Positions 1 through 31,537 of a stretch of 64,000 bases of DNA are shown piece after piece. This DNA comes from the human T2T-CHM13v2.0 reference genome, Homo sapiens: assembly GCF_009914755.1 (NCBI RefSeq), contig NC_060936.1. The stretch is one strand, 5' to 3'. A program made the translations under genes and the position numbers. Position 1 is the stretch's first letter. Each line of letters opens with the position of its first letter. The notes below the pieces were generated by a model. The model was not told where the DNA came from, searched no databases, and saw nothing but the letters and a program-made list of their open reading frames with translations.

Positions 1-199
1 CTCGTGCCTCAGCCACTGGATTAGCTGGGATTATAGACGCACGCCACCACACCTGGCAAATTTTTTTTATTTTTAGCAGATGCAGGGTTTCACCATGTTG
101 GCCAGGCTGGTCTTGAACTCCTGACCTTAAGCCATCTGCTTGTCTCGGCCTCCCAAAGTCCTGGGATTGCAGGCATGAGCCACTGCACCTGGCCTTTTT

Positions 200-1787
<1,588 letters not shown>

Positions 1788-2056
1788 TAACATGTGGGCC
1801 AGGCTGGTCCTGAACTCCTGACCTCAAGTGATCCACCTGCCTCAGCCTACTAAAGTGCTGGGATTACAGGCATGAGCCACCACACCCAGCCTTTTATTTC
1901 TTTTTTATTACTTTTTTGTAGAGATGAAGCCTCGCTATGTTGCCCAGATTGGCGTGCAGTGGCTATTCACAGATGTGATAATCATATACTGCAGCCTTGA
2001 ACTCCTGGGCTCAAGGGATCCTCCTGCCTCAGCCTGTAAAGTAACTGGAACTATAG

Positions 2057-2477
<421 letters not shown>

Positions 2478-2559
2478 TGATCCACCCGCCTCGGCCTCCC
2501 AAAGTGCTGGGATTACAGGCGTGAGCCACCGCGCCCGGCCTCCTTTACTTTTTTTATCT

Positions 2560-2750
2560 AGTTTCTCCTACAGATCTATAAAGAGTTGTTGGCAGCTCTA
2601 GATGCACTGCCTATGACTTAGCCCTGCTCTGCATGGAGCAGTTAAAAAAAAAAAAAGGAGCTGTTGATTTTTTAGTTTGTTCAGCTTTTACTTGTTGTTA
2701 TCATGGAGTGGTGACTTCCGAGCTTCTTTTCTGCTGGTCTGGAAACTGGA
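2560..2750 (-). mobile_element. Old L1M terminal-region fragment hosting a short retroinsertion
   Basis: gagttgttg/atttttt agtttgttcagcttttacttgttgtta...ggagtggtgacttcc resembles recalled L1M consensus. Confidence 0.5.
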
Positions 2751-3132
2751 TGTGTATATCTTTTCAAAGCAGTAACAAGAAGGTCAATGAGGCCAGAGCA
2801 GAGTAGTGAGTGAGGGGGAGAGCGTTATGAAATGAGATTGGAGAGGTAGCCAGGGTCTAGCTCATGTAATAGTGTTATTAGGCATGGAGAGATTTTGTGT
2901 TTTATTCTAAAAATAATGAGAAGCTATTAGATAGTTTTGAGCAAAGGTGTGACATGTTCTATTTTAGGTTTTAAGAGCATTGCTCTGGCTTTTGTGAGAG
3001 TAAACCACAGGAGGTTAAGAGTGGAAGAAGGAAGATGAACTAGAAGGGAATGGGCAGTAATGCAAATAAGAGATGATAGTGGCTTGAATCAAGGTGATAT
3101 TGTTGAGGTGGTAAGAAGTGGTGGAAATGTGA

Positions 3133-3333
<201 letters not shown>

Positions 3334-3800
3334 TAGATGTGGGGTTTCACCGTGTTAGCCAGGATAGTCTTGATCTCCTGACTTCGTGATCTGCCTGCCT
3401 TGGCCTCCCAAAGTGCTGGGATTATAGGCTTGAGCCACCACGCCCAGCCTTCTGAGTATATTTTGAAGACAGAACTGACAGGATTTATTAAGAAGTTGGC
3501 TGTGAGAAAGAAAGAGAGGAGTCAGTCATGACCCCTAGATTTTTGGTCTGAGCAACACTGGGGAATACTAAAGGAGGAACAGGTGTAGAGAAATGGAAAG
3601 AATCAAAAGTTCAGTTTTGGACATGTTAAGTTTGAGATGCAGTGGGTTAAATATAAGTAGAGATGTTGATTAGGCAGTAATAGTTGGTTAAAAAGTGCAG
3701 AGGGGAGGTCGTGTTGGAGATAAATTTAGAAGTCATCAGTATAGAAAGTGGATAAGATCACCTGGGGAACGGGGGAGATCCAACCGGGCGCAGTGGCTCA

Positions 3801-4204
<404 letters not shown>

Positions 4205-5313
4205 TCACACCTATAATACCAGCACTTGGGGAGGCCAAGGTGGGAGGATTGCTTGAGCCCAGGAGTTAGAGACCAGCTCTGGCAACACAGGGAGATCCCT
4301 TCTTTACAACAAATACAAAAATTAGCCAGGCGTGGTGGTGTGCACCTGTAGTACCGATTACTTGGGAGGCTGACATAGGAGCCCACGAGGTGAAGGCTGC
4401 AGTAAGTTGTGATCGCGCCACTGCATTCCAGCCTGGGTAACAGAGCAAGACCGTGTTTCCAAAAAAATAGAAGAAAGAAAATAATGAAGAGTTTAGTATT
4501 CTGGAAACCAAATGAAGAAAGTGTTTCAAGCAGGAGCAGGTGATAACTCTGCTTTTTGAACTGTGCTTTCTGGGAGGCTGGGTAACATGGGGTCTGAGAA
4601 TCAGCTGTTAGATTTCACTGGTGACCTGGGCAAGAGTGGCTTCAGTGGAGCAGTAAGGATGAATTAAGGCCTTATTGGTGTAAGTTCAAGAGATGATTCA
4701 TGACAAGGAAGTGGAGGAAGGAGAATTTAAAAACTTTTTTGAGGATTTTTGCTTTAAGGGGTTAGAAAGAAGAGTAATAACCAGGAGAGCTGGATAGGGA
4801 TGTTCAATAAAAGGCGGGGTTTTCTTTTTGTTTTTGTTTCTAAGGTGGGAGCTATTTTAGAATATTTGTTTGCTAATGAGAAAAAAAAAACAAAAGGTAA
4901 AATCCATGTTGTGGGGAAAAGGAGCAAAGCTTTAGAGTAGTGAAATGGAAAGGCACCCAGTGCACCATGGAGGGGTTCACCTTGGAAAGGAGCACAGTAT
5001 TCACCTGCTGACACACAGGAGGAAGCCAGAATTCGAGGAGCGATTAATCGGTTGGCAGTTAGATTTAGTGGTGGAATCTGTGGAATTTCTCTTCTGATTA
5101 TTTCTGTTTTTCTCCTCTACTGCAGTGAACTAGAAAATGGGTAATTTCAGCCAGGGATGGTGGCATACAGTGGTGCCTTTCAGCTACTCGGGAGGCTAAG
5201 GCAGGAGGATCCTTTGGGCCCAGGAGTTTGAGTCCAGTCTGGGCAACATAGCAAAACCTCATCCTTTTTTTTTTTTTTTTTTTTTGAGACGGAGTTTCGC
5301 TCTTGTTGCCTAG

Positions 5314-5604
<291 letters not shown>

Positions 5605-6132
5605 TAATCTTTCCTAATTCTCCCTCTTTTCCTTAGTAACAGAACCCTGATTTCTTTGGGAACAGGGTGCCCAGCTTCTGTTCCAACTGATGGGGTCCAT
5701 GTGACTAAGTTCTGGTGAAATGTTAGTGGAAGTTGTTTGGTGGGGCTGCTGATAAAGTTTCTAAAACAGGATTGATAAGATTGAGCTAGTGTCATTGGCC
5801 CTTTCTTTTTCTTTTTTTTTTTTTTTTTTTTTTTTGCCTAGAACATGGACAAGATGGCTGGGGTCCTGTGGAGTTCTAGTAATCTTCTTACGATAATAAA
5901 GCAACCTTATGCCATATGATATGCTAAGGATGGAGGAAGATAGAGTCTAGGTGCCTGATGACAACATGGAGCTGTCAAGCCCTGCATTGCCTCCCCCTGG
6001 ACGTCTCATTATGGGAGAAAATGAAGCAATTTGTTTAAGCCACACTGATCTTTTTTCCTATTTTTCTTTTTCTTTTGTTGAGTGTGTGTTTGTGTCTGTT
6101 ATTTACAGCTGATTGTAAGTCATAACTGATGT
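5605..6132 (+). mobile_element. MLT1-like MaLR LTR, old
   Basis: ccatgtgactaagttctgg, tttgtttaagccac and end ttatttacagctga...cataactgat. Confidence 0.5.
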
Positions 6133-6243
6133 GGTAGTGGGACTGTGTAAGTTTTGTCTTCTGATGTTTTTCTTTTTTTTTTTCTTCTTCAGTGAAACAG
6201 GGATGGGGAGATCATTAGCTAAATGTAAGGATTGGGGAAGGAG

Positions 6244-6309
6244 TGTGGGAGGTTTGTGGAGAGAGAATGTGTGAAATGTGGGAAGTTTGTGGAGAGAGAA
6301 TTTGTGAAA
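6244..6309. repeat. 33-bp tandem duplication
   Basis: tgtggga(g/a)gtttgtggagagagaat(g/t)tgtgaaa twice. Confidence 0.85.
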
Positions 6310-6704
6310 TAGTTATCTCTGAATGGTAGAGTAAATTAAGTAGGGAGAGGTAGTAGGTCATTCAGACATCTGTGGTTGTAAATATAAAATGAGATCAGTC
6401 ATCTGGGTTGTATTTTTCCCTAGTCAGGTTTACCTGCTCAGGAGAAGGTATAAACCTGATAGTGAATTGGGTTTAACCAGGATTTATATTTTGCTAAAGC
6501 CATTGTGTCACCATTTGTGAAATAGAAGAAGATACTGTAGAGTCACTAAGAAGACAGTTGACTGAATGGATTTATAAAAACATGTAGCCGGGCACAGTGG
6601 CTCATGCCTGTAATCCCAGCACTTTGGGAGGCCGAGGCGGGCAGATCACGAGGTGAGGAGATCGAGACCATCTTGGCTAACACGGTGAAACCCCCTCTCT
6701 ACTA

Positions 6705-7273
<569 letters not shown>

Positions 7274-7338
7274 TTACACATATTTTTTGAATAGGTAAAG
7301 TTCCCATGGTTCAAACATTGAAGAGGTAAAAAGATACA

Positions 7339-11309
<3,971 letters not shown>

Positions 11310-11450
11310 TTTTTTTTGTTGTTTGTTTGTTTTGTTGTTTGTCTTGCTTTGTCATCCAGGCTGGAGTGTAGTGGGCAACAGGGCAAGACTCCATCCCAAA
11401 AAAAAAGATGTGTCTAGTGTGAATAAGAATTTGAATATTTTACTTTATTA

Positions 11451-11660
<210 letters not shown>

Positions 11661-12055
11661 TTAGCCACATGTATATAGTAACTACCATGTTGCACAGATA
11701 CTCAGGTCTTCTATACAAAGAAGAAAGGAAGGCTCAGTTGTCCTTGGATAAAATGAGAACTGGTGAAAAGGCACTTTGAAAGTAATGAAAACAGCTGGAC
11801 ACAGTGGCTCATGCCTGTAATCCCAGCACTTTGGGAAGCTGAGGCAGGAGGATCACTTGAGCCCATGAGGTCAAGTCTGCAGTGAGCCAAGATCGGGTCA
11901 CTGTACCCCAACCTGGGTGTCAGAGCGAGACCTTGTCTCAAAAAAAAAAAAAAAGTAATGAAGACAAAGTGTCAATAATAACTAAAGATGATTAAGGAGA
12001 AGGGTTTTTTGTTTGTTTTTTGAGCCAGAGTCTCGCTCTGTCACCCAGGCTGTAG

Positions 12056-12323
<268 letters not shown>

Positions 12324-12922
12324 TAATACTTTTCTTCCCCCTCTATCCCTCCCTTCCTGCCATCCTTTCTTTCTTTTTGTTTCTTTCCTTTCTCTCCCCA
12401 CCACCCACCCCACTCTCTCTCTCTCTTTCTTCTCTTTTAATACAGGGTCTCCCTCTGTCCCCCAGGCTAGAGTGCAGTGGTGTGACCATAGCTCACTGTA
12501 GCCTCGATCTCCTGCACTCAAGCGATCCTCCTGAGCAGCTGGGGCTACAAATGTGCATCACCATGCCCTAATTACTATTATTATTGTTATTTTTGTAGAG
12601 CTAGGGGTCTTGCTGTGTTGTCCAGGCTGGTCACAAATTCCTGGCCTCAGGCTACTGCCTTGGTCTCCCACGGTGCTGGAATTACAGGCATAAGGCATTG
12701 TGCCTGGCCAAGAGTTTTTTAAAATCTATTTGCATTACTTTTATAATTAGAATTAATGTTTAAAAAGTCAATCTAAAGTAAAATGGTGAATTAAGACTCA
12801 TATAAGATATAGGAGTATTCATTTTTGCCCTTTGCTCACTGGTTTTTATTTTTAAACACCTTTATGGAGATTTAATTCAGATTCCGTAAAATTTACCCTT
12901 TTAGGCTGGACGCGATGGCTCA

Positions 12923-13201
<279 letters not shown>

Positions 13202-13957
13202 TTACACCTTTAAAGTGTACAGTTCAGTGGTTTTTTTTTTTTTTTTTTTAATTTTTTTCTGTAACCCAGGACAGTGCCAAAGTTCAGTGGTTTTTTTGTT
13301 TTTTCTTTGTTTGTTTATTTGAGACAGAAACTCGCTCTTGTTGCCCAGGCTGGAGTGCAATGGCGCAGTCTTGGCTCACAGCAACCTCCACCTCCCGGAT
13401 TCAAGAGAATCTCCTGCCTCAGCCTCCAAGTAGCTGGGATTACAGGCATGTGCCACCATGCCCAGCTAATTTTTGTATTTTTAGTAGAGATGGGGTTTCA
13501 CCATGTTGGCCAGGCTGGTCTCAAACTCTTGACCTCACGTAATCCTCCCACCTCGGCCTCCCAAAGTGCTGGGTTTACAAGCGTGAGCCACCGTGCCCAG
13601 CCAAGTTCGTGATTTTTAACACATTTATAGAGTTGTGCTACCATCATCACACTCTAATTCCAGAACATTTTTTATCATCCCTAAAGAAACTCATTGCCCA
13701 GGCTGGAGTGCAATGGAGTGATCTTGGCTTATTGCAACCTCTGCTTCCCAGTTCAAGCGATTATCATACCTCAGCCTCCTGAGTAGTTGGGACTATAGAT
13801 GCGTGCCACCATGCCCAGCTAATTTTTGTATTTTTAGTAGAGATGGCGTTTCCGCATGTTGGCCAGGCTGGTCTCGAACTCCTGGCCTCAAGTTATCTGC
13901 CCGCCTCAGCCTCCCAAAGTGCTGGGATTACAGGTGTGAGCCATCATGCCCAACCCT

Positions 13958-14880
<923 letters not shown>

Positions 14881-14901
14881 GAATAGTTATGTATGGTATA
14901 G

Positions 14902-15174
<273 letters not shown>

Positions 15175-15291
15175 TGATCAGGCGGTTTCAAACTCCTGAC
15201 CTTGTGATCTGCCCGCCTGGACCTCCCAAGGTCCTGGGATTACAGGCATGAGCCACTGTACCTGGCCATTTATTTTTATTTATTTTTTTGA

Positions 15292-15396
<105 letters not shown>

Positions 15397-15499
15397 TGAG
15401 TAGCTGGGATTACAGCGCACCACCATGCCTGGCTAATTTTTGTATTTTTAGTAGAGATGGGGTTTCACCATGTTGGTCAGGCTGGTCTCAAACTGCTGA

Positions 15500-15959
<460 letters not shown>

Positions 15960-16010
15960 TAAAAGATGCATCCAACCAGTTAAGGACACAAGCATGCTCT
16001 TCCACTATCA

Positions 16011-16683
<673 letters not shown>

Positions 16684-17008
16684 TTAACTGACACCGTCTT
16701 GCAGTCAGTCACTCGTGATAAGAACTTGCCATCTGCCTCCGAAGGCTCTGCCACATCAAAGACTCTTCCTCGCAAGACTGGCAGACCAACTGGCCCAAAA
16801 CAGAACTCCTTTTCTTCTTTGTTCTGCCTGGACTGGTTCTTTAACCCTTTCTCCTATCTCTTTCTCCTCTTGATGTTAAATGTTACTTTGTCATGGAATG
16901 TTTAACTTGTAACATTTATATATTGATTAATTATACTATTATGTATGGTTTACAATATTGACTGGCTTGCGTGCCCACAGCTCTGACTACTGAGTGAACA
17001 GGAAGTAC

Positions 17009-18655
<1,647 letters not shown>

Positions 18656-18793
18656 GTACTAAGGAGATTGCCCCCTTGGGAACTCCGTGTAGCTCCTGGC
18701 TTTTGTGATTGCAATAGCATCAGTAAAAGCCTGACACTGTGGAAAGACACAAACATGCAAGGACCTGCTTATCTCTAACCTTGCACCACTCAC

Positions 18794-19472
<679 letters not shown>

Positions 19473-19664
19473 TCATGACATGTATGCAAAAATTGTCCGC
19501 AAAATTTACATATAAACGATTAGAATTTAAGAATTCCCAAAACCCCCTTTAGACAGGGTTTCACCACGTTGGCAAGGCTGGTCTTGAACTCCTGACCTCA
19601 GGTGATCCGTCCACCTTGGCTTCCCAAAGTGCTGGGATTACAGGTGTGAGCCACCATACCTGGC

Positions 19665-19946
19665 AGGGAACTTCATTATTTAAAGGAGAAAGAGCAAGCA
19701 GGAGGGGGAAAACGGGAGGTAGGGTAGGTAGTGAGGCGAATTGTTACATTCTTGTGAGGCTCTGATTAGCCTCAGTAAATTGACATTTTACATGTGAAAA
19801 GGGGAAGTAGAGGAAATGAGGCTATGGTACAGGATTGTGAAATTACAGCTATCTGGTAACAAAAGGAATGCAGTAATTCAGCTCTCAAGCTTAATGTCCC
19901 TTTGGCATAGTGAGTTTGGGGTCCCAAGATTCTATTTTCTTTCACA
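19665..19946 (-). mobile_element. MER4-family LTR fragment
   Basis: Reverse complement begins tgtgaaagaaaatagaatcttgggaccccaaactcactatgccaaaggg. Confidence 0.7.
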
Positions 19947-20129
19947 CTAACACCAACAACAATAACAACAAAAGAACAAGACATCTGCAAGAAAATAGTA
20001 TCTTTATTGAGAGATATTATGAAGATATTATGATTAATGTACTGAGAGATATATCACGTATTATTTGGAGGTATCAGATTACAAAGATGCTAATTCTACT
20101 TAAATTGCCCTATAAATTAAGTGCACTGG

Positions 20130-21572
20130 GAAGGTGGAGTAGACATACTTCCTAAATTCCTCCCACTAAATACAACTAAAAACCCTGGACATTATATATA
20201 AAACAAACATAAGAAGACTGAAAGAAAAGCCGGGCGTGATGGTTCATGCCTGTAATCCCAGCACTTTGAAAGGCTGAGGCAGGTGGATCTCTTGAGGTCA
20301 GTAGTTAAAGACTAGCCTGGCCAATATGGTGAAACCCCATCTCTACTAAAAATACAAAATTAGCCATACATGGTGGCGTGTGCCTGTAATTCCAGCTACT
20401 CAGGAGGCTGAGGCAGAATTGCTTGAACCCAGGAGGTGGAGGTTGCAGTGAGCCAAGATCGCACCACTACACTCCAGCCTGGGCAAAAGAGTGAGACTGT
20501 GTCTCAAAAAGAAAAAAAAAAAAAGACTGAAAGATGGAGAGAAGGCAGCAGACAAGCTAGGGATCTTGGGGGTCCAAGGAACAACATAGTGATGAGTTTC
20601 CTGGGTTTTCTTCCTACCTTACATCTCGAAGCCTTGGAACTGAAGAAGCTGACAATCCAAAAATGCCGAAGGGTGAGACAAAAAACGAAAACCTTCTCTC
20701 ACTAGCCAAAGAACCAGGAAAGGGAAAATCTAGCAAGACAGCAAACTTTATATAACAACTCCTGTACTCCAGCCAAGTGCTACAGAAAGAACTGTGACCC
20801 TACCCCTACCTGTATCACCAAGACTGAGTGGGGAGCCTAGACTTCCACCCTTGCTAGGCTGTAACAAGGTGCTCCAAAGGATAGTCTTTTCTACAAATGG
20901 TGCTGGGACAACTGGATATTCACATGCAAAGGAATGTAGTTGGACTCTGCTGTGTGAATAGTGTCACCCTATCCAACATTCAGTGTCCACTTACAACCTC
21001 AGAATGTGGCCCTCTTTAGAAATAGAATCTTTGCAAATGTAGTTAGTTAAGATGGGGAATTACTGGATTAGAGTGGGCCCTAAATCTAATGACTGTCCTT
21101 ATAAGAAGGCCATGTGAAGACACAGAAACATAGTGAGAATGCCCGGTAGCAACACAGGCAGAAATTGTAGTGGTGTCTACAAGGTAAGTAAGGAATGCCA
21201 AGGATTGTCAGCACCAGCAGAAGCTAGAAGAGAGGCATGGGACAGATTCTCCCTCAGAGCCTCTGGTAGGAACCAAACTTGCCAACGCCTTGATTTCAAA
21301 CTTCTAGCCTACAGAACTATGAGGCAATACATTTCTTTTGTTTTAAGCCACTCAGTTTGTGGTTTAAAAGCAGCTCTGAGAAATTAATACAGACTCCTAC
21401 CTCACACCATACACAAAAATTAAAATGGATCAAAGACCTAAATATAAGAGCTAAAACTATAAAACTCAGAAGAAGAAAACAGAGATAAATCTTTATTACT
21501 TTTGATTAGGTAATGCTTTCTTAGATATGACACCAAAAGCACAAGCAACAAAAGAAAAAAAATGGTAAGTCA
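20130..21572 (+). mobile_element. Old L1M fragments interrupted by an Alu and an MLT1 LTR
   Basis: caaatggtgctgggacaactggatattcacatgcaaa and aaatggatcaaagacctaaatataagagctaaaactataaaact are L1 ORF2 3' region. Confidence 0.75.
20948..21391 (+). mobile_element. Complete MLT1B/C-like MaLR solo LTR
   Basis: TG...ataca termini with exact 5-bp TSD GACTC (20943-20947, 21392-21396). cagattctccctcagagcct...ttttaagccactcagtttgtgg. Confidence 0.85.
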
Positions 21573-21599
21573 GACTTTTTTTTTTGAGACGGCGTTTAG

Positions 21600-21949
<350 letters not shown>

Positions 21950-21952
21950 TGA

Positions 21953-22284
<332 letters not shown>

Positions 22285-23699
22285 TGATCCCCCTGCCACA
22301 GCCTCCCAAAGTGCTGGGATTACAGGCGTGAGCCACCACGCCCAGCCAGCCTTTCCGTATTCTACTTTTTTATTTGTTTGTTTTTTAGAGACACTGTCTC
22401 AATCTGTGGCCCAGGCTGGATTGCAATGGGGCAAACAAAGCTCACTACAGCCTCAAATTCCTGGGTTCAAGTGATCCTCTCACCTGAGCCTCCTCAGTAC
22501 CTGGGACTACAAGTGTGTGCCACCACACCAAGCGAATTAGTTTTTGTAGAGTTAGAGTCTCCCTATGTTGCCCAGGCTGGTCTCTAACTCCTGCACTCAA
22601 CTGATCATCCTCCCTCTGCCTCCCTAAGTGCTGGGATTATAGATGTGAGCCACCTTGCCCAGTCTGTGAGGTTTAGTTGGAGCCTCAACTTTTTGATGAG
22701 GCAGGCCTCTTATTATATTTATAACTTGGGGTGGGCCCTGGACTTTACCTAGCACCTAGGCTGGGCGTGGTGGCTCACATCTGTCATCCCAGCACCTTAG
22801 GAGGCCGAGGCAGGAGGATCGCTTAAACCCAAGAGTTCGAGACCAGCCTGGGCATCAAAACGAGAACCTGTCTTTACAAAAAAAAATTTTTAAATTAGCC
22901 AGTCATGATGGTGCTCAGCTACTTGGGAGGTTGAGGCAGAAGGGTCACTTTAACACAGGAGGTCAAGTCTGTAGTAAGCTGTGATCGTGCCACTGCACTC
23001 CAGCCTGGGTGAAAGAGTGAGACCCTGTCTCAAAATAAATAAACAAACAAACAAATAAAATACTCCAGCACCTATAAGGTTGTAGAGAAAATGGCATTAG
23101 TGTTCCACTCCCTTCTGGTTTAAAGGTTCCTTACTATCTTGTCACCTTTTTAATGCTTTTAAGAAAATTATTTTATCTAGCAATTTTAATTTTTATTGGA
23201 AGGCATATCAAGATATCTGGCCCACCATATTATTCAAAACCCAGAATTCTGTCATTTTTTAAAAACAGATGATGGTAAGCATCAAGTTACTGTGTGTTTA
23301 GATTACATTAGATGTAACAGAATGGTGTAAGTTTTACTGTAAAACATCAATATTTACAACATGCTTCTTTTGGGGGACGGGGGAGATAGGGTCTTGCTCT
23401 GTTGCCCAGGCTTAAGTGCAGTAATTCAATCATGGCTCACTTCAGTCTTGACCTTCTGGGCTTAAGCAATCCTCCTACCTCAGTCTCCTGAGTAACTGGG
23501 ACTACAGATGCATGCCACCATGCCCAGCTAATTTTAAATTTTTTTGTAGATACGGGGTCTTGCTGTGTTGCCCAGGCTGGTCTCAAACTCCTGGGCTCAA
23601 GTAATCCTACCACCTTGACCTCACAAAGTGCTGGGATTACAGGTGGGAGCCACCATGCCTGGCCACAATATGCTTAAAATTACATTATTTTACACTACG

Positions 23700-23764
23700 T
23701 ATGTATATATCTCCACACATATACATATATGTGTGTGTATATATATATATACACACATATATAT
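23700..23764. repeat. (TA)n/(TG)n/(CA)n compound microsatellite
   Basis: atatacatatatgtgtgtgtatatatatatatacacacatatatat. Confidence 0.85.
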
Positions 23765-24201
23765 CCTGGGCTCAAGAGGTCCTCCCACCTCAGCCTCCTG
23801 AGTAGCTGGGAAGACAGGCAAAGCTACTTGTTTTCTTACATTTTGTAGAGATGTAGTCTCAGCTGGTCTTCAACTCCTGGCCTCAAGTGATCCTCCTGCC
23901 TCAGCTTTTACCGTATTTAAACTTAACTTGAAGAATTTTAGATATCAACTTAAAAATGACTGGAGTTACATAGTTTAATTTCTTTTTTTTAGGTGATAAG
24001 CAAAAATGTAAAGAACACTGATACAGAGAAATGGTCACATAGCCCGGACATGGTGGCTCATGCCTGTAATCCCAGCACTTTGGGAGGCCAAGGCAAGTGA
24101 ATCACTTGTGGTCAGGAGTTTGAGACCAGCTTGGCCAACATGGTGAAAACCTGTTTCTACTAAAAGTACAAAAATTAGCCAGGCATGGTGGCAGGCACCT
24201 A

Positions 24202-24321
<120 letters not shown>

Positions 24322-24451
24322 CTAAAAAAAAAAAAAAAAAAAGAGATATGGTCACATAATCCAATTTCATAAGAAAATATGTACACTCAGCTGGGCGCAG
24401 TGGCTCACACCTGTAATCCCAGCACTATGGGAGGCCGAGGTGGGTGGATCA

Positions 24452-25160
<709 letters not shown>

Positions 25161-25383
25161 TAAAAGTGATCCTTTTTTTTTTTTTTTGAGACCGGAGTTT
25201 CACTCTTGATGCCCAGGTTGGAGTACAATGGCGTGATCTCCAGCTCACTGCAACCTCTGCCTCCCGGGTTCAAGCGATTCTCCTGCCTCAGCCTCCTGAG
25301 TAACTGGGATTACAGGCGCATGCCACCACGCCTGGCTTATTTTTGTATATATTTTTAGTTTTATTTTTTTTTTTTTGAGATGA

Positions 25384-25593
<210 letters not shown>

Positions 25594-25790
25594 TGATCTG
25601 CCCACCTCGGCCTCCCAAAGTGCTGGGAATACAGGTGTGAGCCACTGCACCCAGCCTATTTTTGTATTTTTAATAGAGATGAGGTTTCACCATATTGTCC
25701 AGACTGGTCTCGAGCTCCTGACCTCAGGTGATCTGCCCGCCTTGGCCTCCCAAAGTGCTGGGATTACAGGCGTGAGCCACCACGCCCAGC

Positions 25791-29830
<4,040 letters not shown>

Positions 29831-30675
29831 TTAGGAAAAGAAAAATCAAGTGATAAAGTGTGAGGGACTGAGTTAGCCTTCAGGTAGGAAGAGTGACTAT
29901 TAGCCTATCACTGTGCACTGATTTTAACGGCTCAGGATACTTAAAATAGCTACCCAAAATAGCATCTTTGCTCAGATGGTGCTTGAAATTCTCTTCCTGG
30001 AGATTTCTTTAAAAGTTGAATCTTTAGTTTCTAAAAATTCCCTGTTTAAATGCCAGTACTTCAGGGAAAAATAACTTCTTAAGCAATCAGCTCCAATTTT
30101 TTTGTTTTTTATCTTTCTCTGTTGCCTAAGCTGGAGTGCAGTAGCACTATCACAGCTCACTGCAGCCTCCACCTCCTGGCTCAACAGATCCTCCCACCTC
30201 AGCCTCCTTAGTAGCTGGGGCTACAGGCACATGCCACCACGCCTGGCTAATTTTTGTATTTTTTATAGAGTCAGGGTTTCGCTATGTTGCCCAGGCTGGT
30301 CTCAAACTCCTGGCCTCAAGTGATACACCTGCTTTGGCATCCTAAAGTGCTAGGATTCAGGCGCGAGCCACCAAGCCTGGCCAATACTCTTAATATTTGA
30401 TAAAGATCCTATTAGACATCTCTCTAGGCATATACACATATATAATTTTATGTAAATAGAGATACTATATATTGTAGAAAAACAAGACTTGGCATTATGT
30501 TTGGTTATGAATCTTTTAGAGGCACTTCTTTTATTTATTTATAATTTGCAAGCCTGAGAAGAGAAAACTAGATCCAGGATCTGTGATTTTTCTAAGAATT
30601 ACAGAATCTATGTAATCATATGTACTTATTGGTTAAATTCTCATTATTATTATTATTGTTATTATTATTTTTTGA

Positions 30676-30780
<105 letters not shown>

Positions 30781-30959
30781 TGAGTAGCTGGGATTACAGG
30801 CCTGTGCTACCACGCCTGGCTAATTTTTGTAATTTTAGTAGAGACAGGGTTTCACTATGTTGGCCAGACTGGTCTCTAACTCCTGACCTCAGGTGATCCA
30901 CCTGCCTCGGCCTCCCAAAGTGCTGAGATTATAGGCGTAAGCCACCGTACCCGGCCATG

Positions 30960-31170
30960 CGTGATTCACTTCTTATTAGCTACAGCAAAAGTGATGAGAT
31001 GTCACTTCCGATATTACATTACAAAAAGACTGTGACTTTCATCTTGGCAGCTCTCTCTTGCTGTCTTGCTCACTTGTCCTGAGGGAAGCCATTTGCTGTC
31101 TGCTACTCTTTGGAGAGGCCCTTGCGGCAAGGAATTGTGGGAGGTTTCTGACCAACAGGCAAAAAGACCT
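30960..31170 (+). mobile_element. MLT1F-like LTR fragment
   Basis: gtgatgagatgtcacttcc..aaaagactgtgactttcatcttg..gggaagcc..ggagaggccc..ggcaaggaa. Confidence 0.6.
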
Positions 31171-31345
31171 TAAATATCTGGCCTTCAATATCCTGGACAC
31201 CCAACACCCAAAGGTGCATTGAGCTGTTGTTTCCTTATATAATCCCTAACATGGGAGCCAGTCAGTCTGCCTACCAGGCCTCTGCCTAGGTCCCTGATGT
31301 TTTCCCCTTGTGTTATTTCTTGGATACCTGGCCTGATCTCTTTAA

Positions 31346-31537
<192 letters not shown>

